A DNA stretch of 64,000 bases from the NCBI GenBank assembly GCA_965248535.1, contig CBDFJR010000005.1:1856001-1920000 (forward strand), written 5' to 3'. The translations under genes and the position numbers were made by a program. Shown here one piece after another: positions 59,133-64,000 of this stretch. How positions within the stretch are numbered: position 1 is the first letter of the stretch; each line of letters starts with the position of its first letter. Under the pieces are notes generated by a model, which was not told where the DNA came from, made no database searches, and was given only the letters and a program-made list of their open reading frames with translations. This stretch comes from Phormidesmis sp. GTDB taxonomy: Bacteria > Cyanobacteriota > Cyanobacteriia > Leptolyngbyales > Leptolyngbyaceae.

Positions 59133-60257
59133 ATGAAAATTCTCATTACTGGCGGAGCCGGATTCATCGGCAAATGGTTAGTTGAAAAGCTGCCGTCTGA
59201 GGTTGAAATTGTCATTATTGACTCGCTGGACGAGCAAGTTCACCGCACCACTCAAGCGTTTGCCCCTGAGTTGACTGCCCGCGCCAAGTGCATTTGCGCT
59301 GATGTTCAGGCGATCGCCGACTATCGGAGCGAGATCGAAGGCACCGATGTCGTGATTCACCTAGCTGCCCAAACTGGCACCGGGCAATCCATGTATGAAA
59401 TCAGTAAGTATGTGCAGCACAACGCCAACGGCACAGCCCAGCTATTAGAGCTGATTTCGACGCTGGATCACAAGCCACGGCGGATGGTATTGTCGTCTAG
59501 TCGAGCCGTTTATGGCGATGGCGCTTACACCGATGGCAAGTCTGTTCTCTATCCCAAAGGGCGATCGCTAGAGCAGTTGCAGCAGGGAATCTGGGAAGTT
59601 TGCGATGCGGGCGGTCAGCCCCTTGCCCCTCTGCCGATGCACGAAAGCCATCTCACCAAACCGACTTCGGTCTATGGTTTAACTAAGCTTTGGCAAGAGC
59701 AGCTACTGCAAAATTACTGCGAGAGTCAGGCGATTGATCTGGTCACGCTCCGGTTTCAAAATGTGTATGGGCCAAAGCAAGAATTGGGCAACCCTTACAC
59801 AGGCATTATCGGCATTTTCACGAACGCGATCGTCCAGGGCAACCGTCTCGAAGTGTTTGAAGATGGGCTGATGACCCGAGACTTTGTGTTTGTGGGTGAC
59901 GTTGCCGACGCAGTGATTCAATGCGCGATGCACGATAAGCCGTTGAACACAATTCTTAATATCGGTAGCGGTGAAGCCGTCACACTATTGGACGTGATCG
60001 AAACGATCGCTCAAGTGATTGACAAACCCGCAGACTACACCATTTCTAGTCGATTTAGAGTCGGAGATGTGCGCCACGCCGTTTCTGACATGGAAGGCTA
60101 TAAAGCGGCGTTGGGTCAGTGGCTACCGACCTCTCTCAGAGATGGAATCGCTCAATATTTAGAGTGGTATTTAGGGCAAAAACCGCTAGACCAGTCTACC
60201 CTGCAAGCCTCTTTCCAAGAAATGGAGCGCAAAGGGTTATTGATGACGAAACGCTAA
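59133..60257 (+). CDS. NAD-dependent nucleotide-sugar epimerase/dehydratase
   Basis: GGAGFIG, AAQTGTGQSMY, SSRAVYG, YGLTK, NPYTG. Confidence 0.92.
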   Translation: MKILITGGAGFIGKWLVEKLPSEVEIVIIDSLDEQVHRTTQAFAPELTARAKCICADVQAIADYRSEIEGTDVVIHLAAQTGTGQSMYEISKYVQHNANGTAQLLELISTLDHKPRRMVLSSSRAVYGDGAYTDGKSVLYPKGRSLEQLQQGIWEVCDAGGQPLAPLPMHESHLTKPTSVYGLTKLWQEQLLQNYCESQAIDLVTLRFQNVYGPKQELGNPYTGIIGIFTNAIVQGNRLEVFEDGLMTRDFVFVGDVADAVIQCAMHDKPLNTILNIGSGEAVTLLDVIETIAQVIDKPADYTISSRFRVGDVRHAVSDMEGYKAALGQWLPTSLRDGIAQYLEWYLGQKPLDQSTLQASFQEMERKGLLMTKR

Positions 60258-60289
60258 ATGCACCACTGAGTTTTCAAGCTGTGAACGGG

Positions 60290-61555
60290 ATGAATGTCTT
60301 ACACCTCAGTACATCTGATATCGACAATGGCGGCGCACGGGCAGCCTATCGATTGCATCAAGGGTTGCGATCGCTGGACTGCACCTCGCGGCTGTTGGTG
60401 CGAGCTAAATTCAGTTCTGATGCCACGGTTACAGCAGAGCGATCGCCCCTGACAAAATTGGCTCCCCCCATCTCAGAACTCCCGTTGCGGCTTTACCCCC
60501 AGCGCACTGGAATGTTCTCCCCTCAGTGGTTTCCAGATGTTTTGGCTGCCAGAGTTGCTGAACTCAACCCCGATATCATCAACTTGCATTGGGTTTGCAA
60601 TGGCTATCTCCGCATCGAAACTCTAGCTCAGTTCAAACAGCCGATGGTCTGGACGCTGCACGACCTGTGGCCCTTCACGGGCGGCTGCCACTATAGCCAA
60701 GACTGCGATCGCTATAAGACCTCCTGTGGCTCCTGTCCGCAGTTGCAAAGCACCCGATCGGGAGATCTTTCGCGGTGGGTCTGGCAGCGCAAAGCCAAAG
60801 CCTGGAGGGATCTGAATCTGACGATCGTCGCCTCGTCTCAATGGATGGCGGACTGCGCTCGCTCTAGCTCCCTGTTTAGCGATCGCCGAGTGGAAGTCAT
60901 TCCCTGCTGTCTAGACACCGAAAAATATAAGCCTGTCAATCAGCAGTTTGCCCGTGAGTTGCTAAATCTGCCTCAAGATAAACAGCTAGTTCTGTTTGGG
61001 GCGATTGGGGGAACCAGCGATCGGCGCAAAGGATTTCATCTGCTGCAACCTGCCCTTCAGCAGTTAAGTCAAGCAGGCGGGCATGATCAAATAGAACTAG
61101 TTGTGTTTGGCGCATCTGAGCCGAAACCCGCGATCGACCTAGGGTTCAAGTCCCATTACTTAGGCTACGTTCGTGACGACATTGCGCTGGCGCTCATTTA
61201 TTCTGCCGTAGATGTGATGGTGGTTCCTTCCGTGCAGGAGGCATTTGGTCAAACTGCGTCTGAGGCGCTTTCCTGCGGCACACCAGTTGTTGCCTTTAAC
61301 GCTACTGGTTTAAAAGACATTGTGGATCATCAGCAAACGGGCTATCTAGCAACTCCCTTTGAGGTAGACGATCTAGCAAATGGAATCGCCTGGGTACTAG
61401 AGGATAAAGAGCGTCATCAGAAACTACAGTTTCATGCTCGCAGAAAAAGCTTGAGAGAATTTGCATCAGATGGTTTAGCCCGTCGATATCTCTCACTGTA
61501 CGAAGAAGTTTTGAGGGAGGGTTCGAGTGAGGTTAAAGTAAGAAGCAAGTCTTAG
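60290..61555 (+). CDS. GT4 glycosyltransferase (WcaC-like)
   Basis: GGARAAYRLH, WTLHDLWPFTGGCHY..C, RKG, EAFGQTASEA. Confidence 0.93.
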   Translation: MNVLHLSTSDIDNGGARAAYRLHQGLRSLDCTSRLLVRAKFSSDATVTAERSPLTKLAPPISELPLRLYPQRTGMFSPQWFPDVLAARVAELNPDIINLHWVCNGYLRIETLAQFKQPMVWTLHDLWPFTGGCHYSQDCDRYKTSCGSCPQLQSTRSGDLSRWVWQRKAKAWRDLNLTIVASSQWMADCARSSSLFSDRRVEVIPCCLDTEKYKPVNQQFARELLNLPQDKQLVLFGAIGGTSDRRKGFHLLQPALQQLSQAGGHDQIELVVFGASEPKPAIDLGFKSHYLGYVRDDIALALIYSAVDVMVVPSVQEAFGQTASEALSCGTPVVAFNATGLKDIVDHQQTGYLATPFEVDDLANGIAWVLEDKERHQKLQFHARRKSLREFASDGLARRYLSLYEEVLREGSSEVKVRSKS

Positions 61556-61655
61556 CAGTGCATTCATAAATTTTTTGAGTATCAGGCTTGGATGGCCTTA
61601 ATACTCGCTAAGATTGGCAACTTTCAACAAGATGTAGTTTGGAGATTATGAAGCG

Positions 61656-63467
61656 ATGGGATTTCTGTCAAGGTTTCTATATGTCATCCCGGCTAAAAAG
61701 ACAGAACTTATACTGATCGTATTGCTCTTTCTCACAATTTCTGTCTTAGATGCCCTGGGTATTGGGTTAGTCGGGCCATTTGTTGGTTTGGCAGTGCAGC
61801 CAGATCTGATGCGCCGCTATGCTTGGTTATCTGGCTTCTATCAGCAGACAGGAATCAGCATCAATCAATTTATTGCTTTGTTGGGATTAGTCATTATTGT
61901 AATTTTTTACCTCAAATCATTCTTCTATTATCAAATTCAGGGCTACGTGCTGAAGTTTTGCTATGCCCAACAAGTTAAACTGCGCCTTAGACTGCTACGC
62001 ACCTATCTATTGCTGCCTTACACCTTTCATCTAAAAACAAATTCTGCCAACGTCATGCAGAACATTGGCAACGAAACCGCAAACTTTACTTACTCGATCG
62101 CGATTCCTCTTCTGAACTCAATTGCCAATGCTTTTGTTCTGGTTATTCTTTTATTTTTGCTTGCCAAGACAGATGCGTTGGCAACAGCTAGTATTCTAGG
62201 ACTGCTTTTAGTTGCTATTGCTCCGTTTCACTATCTAAGGCATAAAGTCGCTCTTTGGGGAAAGGAAGGAGTTGAAGCTAATACAGAAACACTGCGGATT
62301 ATCCATCACGCGATCGGGGGATTAAAGGAAACGAAAGTGATTGGGTGCGAGGGCTTTTTTGAAAGTCAGCTAAATGCTCAAACTAGCAAGTATGCAAAGG
62401 CAGCAAGCCAATTTCATGTTTTTCAACAGCTTCCACGGATTGTTGTCGAAGTTCTTCTAATCACGTTTGTTGTTGGGTTTGTGTCCTTGTCTTTGGTGGT
62501 TACCCACCGCTCGGAGAGCCTGGTTTCAGTTTTAGGTATCTTCGCAATTGCTTCAGTGCGAATTATGCCATCAGCTAGCCAACTCATCTCATCCATGAGT
62601 ACACTCCGAAATGCCACACCTAGTCTTGATAAGATCTACCTAGATTTGAAAGAGTTAGAGAAGCCAGAGTCCGTTAAGTACGTAAAAATGTACCAGGGTA
62701 GGTCTCTGGATAAATCTCTTAAGGGAGGTTTCAGCAGCTTTGATACCGCCAAGCTAGAAACTCTATCGTTCAAAGATAAGATAGTTCTCAGCAAGATAAA
62801 TTACTGTTACCCTAACGCTCCTTCAAATGCCCTATCTGATGTCTCTTTGACAATCCGTAAGGGAGAAGCGATCGCTTTAATTGGCAAGTCTGGAGCCGGA
62901 AAAACCACCTTAGTAGATATTCTTTTAGGGCTGTTAGTGCCGCAATCAGGGGATATTAAAGTCGATGGTTCTTCGGTGTATGGTTCTCTCCGAGCCTGGC
63001 AAAACTTGATTGGATATATTCCCCAGTCCATTTTTCTCACCGATGACACCATAGAAAGGAACATTGCGTTTGGAGTGGCAGATCATCAAGTTGATCACCA
63101 AAGGTTAGAACGTGCAATTCGCTCGGCTCAACTCTCCGAGCTAATCGAGCAACTGCCAGAGGGTACTCAAACAATGGTTGGCGAACACGGCGTTCGCCTA
63201 TCTGGAGGACAGAGACAGAGAATTGGGATTGCTCGTGCCTTGTACCACGAACGAGAAATTTTAGTACTAGATGAAGCAACTTCTGCACTAGATAACGAGA
63301 CTGAGCAACTGATCAGTGAATCAATTCGGGCATTGAGCGGGACAAAGACGCTGATTATCATTGCTCATCGTCTGACAACGGTTGAGTACTGCGATCGCGT
63401 CTATGCAATGGATAAGGGGCAAATCGTGAAGTGCGGCAGCTATCAAGAAGTCGTTTTAGGAAAATAG
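61656..63467 (+). CDS. ABC exporter, fused permease/ATPase (HepA/PglK-like glycan flippase)
   Basis: TM domain plus GKSGAGKTT, LSGGQRQR, LVLDEATSALD. Confidence 0.9.
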   Translation: MGFLSRFLYVIPAKKTELILIVLLFLTISVLDALGIGLVGPFVGLAVQPDLMRRYAWLSGFYQQTGISINQFIALLGLVIIVIFYLKSFFYYQIQGYVLKFCYAQQVKLRLRLLRTYLLLPYTFHLKTNSANVMQNIGNETANFTYSIAIPLLNSIANAFVLVILLFLLAKTDALATASILGLLLVAIAPFHYLRHKVALWGKEGVEANTETLRIIHHAIGGLKETKVIGCEGFFESQLNAQTSKYAKAASQFHVFQQLPRIVVEVLLITFVVGFVSLSLVVTHRSESLVSVLGIFAIASVRIMPSASQLISSMSTLRNATPSLDKIYLDLKELEKPESVKYVKMYQGRSLDKSLKGGFSSFDTAKLETLSFKDKIVLSKINYCYPNAPSNALSDVSLTIRKGEAIALIGKSGAGKTTLVDILLGLLVPQSGDIKVDGSSVYGSLRAWQNLIGYIPQSIFLTDDTIERNIAFGVADHQVDHQRLERAIRSAQLSELIEQLPEGTQTMVGEHGVRLSGGQRQRIGIARALYHEREILVLDEATSALDNETEQLISESIRALSGTKTLIIIAHRLTTVEYCDRVYAMDKGQIVKCGSYQEVVLGK

Positions 63468-63472
63468 AACTT

Positions 63473-64000
63473 ATGAATGTGTTAATCGTCTCAGATTTTC
63501 AAATTTATCCTTTCACCAGTGGAGCTAGCATCGCCCAGTTTGGGATCATTGAGCCATTGAGCAAGAAGTGCAATATAAGCCTTGTAATACCTGAACAGTT
63601 CACTCCAACTGATGAGCAGTTAGATGAGCTAAAGCGGTTAATACCCAGCGTCAAAATCTACACATTAAAGGAATCAAAGTCTGTTCGATTTCAAAATCTC
63701 AAAGGAATCTTGAAGACTATTAAGAAACTTGTTGAACAGGTCTTCTCAAAAAAGAGCAATGAATCAGTCTTCAGCTTAGATGATCAATTAGGCGGGATGC
63801 ACTCTTATCTCTATCCTTTACGATCTAAAAATCATGTTAATAAGATTCTGGACATCATTGAAAAAGATAAAATAGACATCATACAACTAGAATTTGATTC
63901 CAATTTAAACTTAGTCAGTTTGCTTCCTAAAGATGTAAAGAAAGTGTTTATTGAACATGAGTGTCAATTTTATCGGATCGGCACTCATATGAAGGCAAAA
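63473..64000 (+). CDS. Probable glycosyltransferase, partial (runs off window end)
   Basis: Manual translation MNVLIVSDFQIYPFTSGASIAQFGIIEPL...DIIQLEF...KVFIEHE; GT4-like N-terminus. Confidence 0.7.
   Translation, partial: MNVLIVSDFQIYPFTSGASIAQFGIIEPLSKKCNISLVIPEQFTPTDEQLDELKRLIPSVKIYTLKESKSVRFQNLKGILKTIKKLVEQVFSKKSNESVFSLDDQLGGMHSYLYPLRSKNHVNKILDIIEKDKIDIIQLEFDSNLNLVSLLPKDVKKVFIEHECQFYRIGTHMKAK

Overview
Cyanobacterial chromosomal DNA, with abundant HIP1 octamers (GCGATCGC), btpA and a Uma2 gene. Bases 1-20 kb are mostly housekeeping and stress genes (map, natD/livH, purN, btpA, glycerate kinase, dxr, hemerythrin, YihY) ending in tRNA-Val(CAC). A perfect 131-bp tandem duplication follows the tRNA. 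From ~20.7 kb to the window end is a large exopolysaccharide/surface-glycan locus: rfbCDAB, Wza, Wzc, a Wzy-like protein, WecG, many GT4s, an ABC flippase and modifying enzymes. Three IS200/IS605-family tnpB elements without tnpA are present; one supplies the purN C-terminus and another appears to supply the RBS of a downstream gene. Top leads: (1) a putative polyprenyl-phospho-pentose (ribose/arabinose) decoration system made of a UbiA-type PRPP transferase, a HAD phosphatase, an SMR-type flippase and two GT-C-like proteins, one fused to a degenerate six-hairpin glycosidase; (2) a recurring palindromic box + 22-23 nt + -10 promoter architecture at stress genes that also predicts an unannotated ~60-nt sRNA; (3) a tiny secreted pilin/coat-like protein. 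All family calls come from motif recognition by eye, not database searches.
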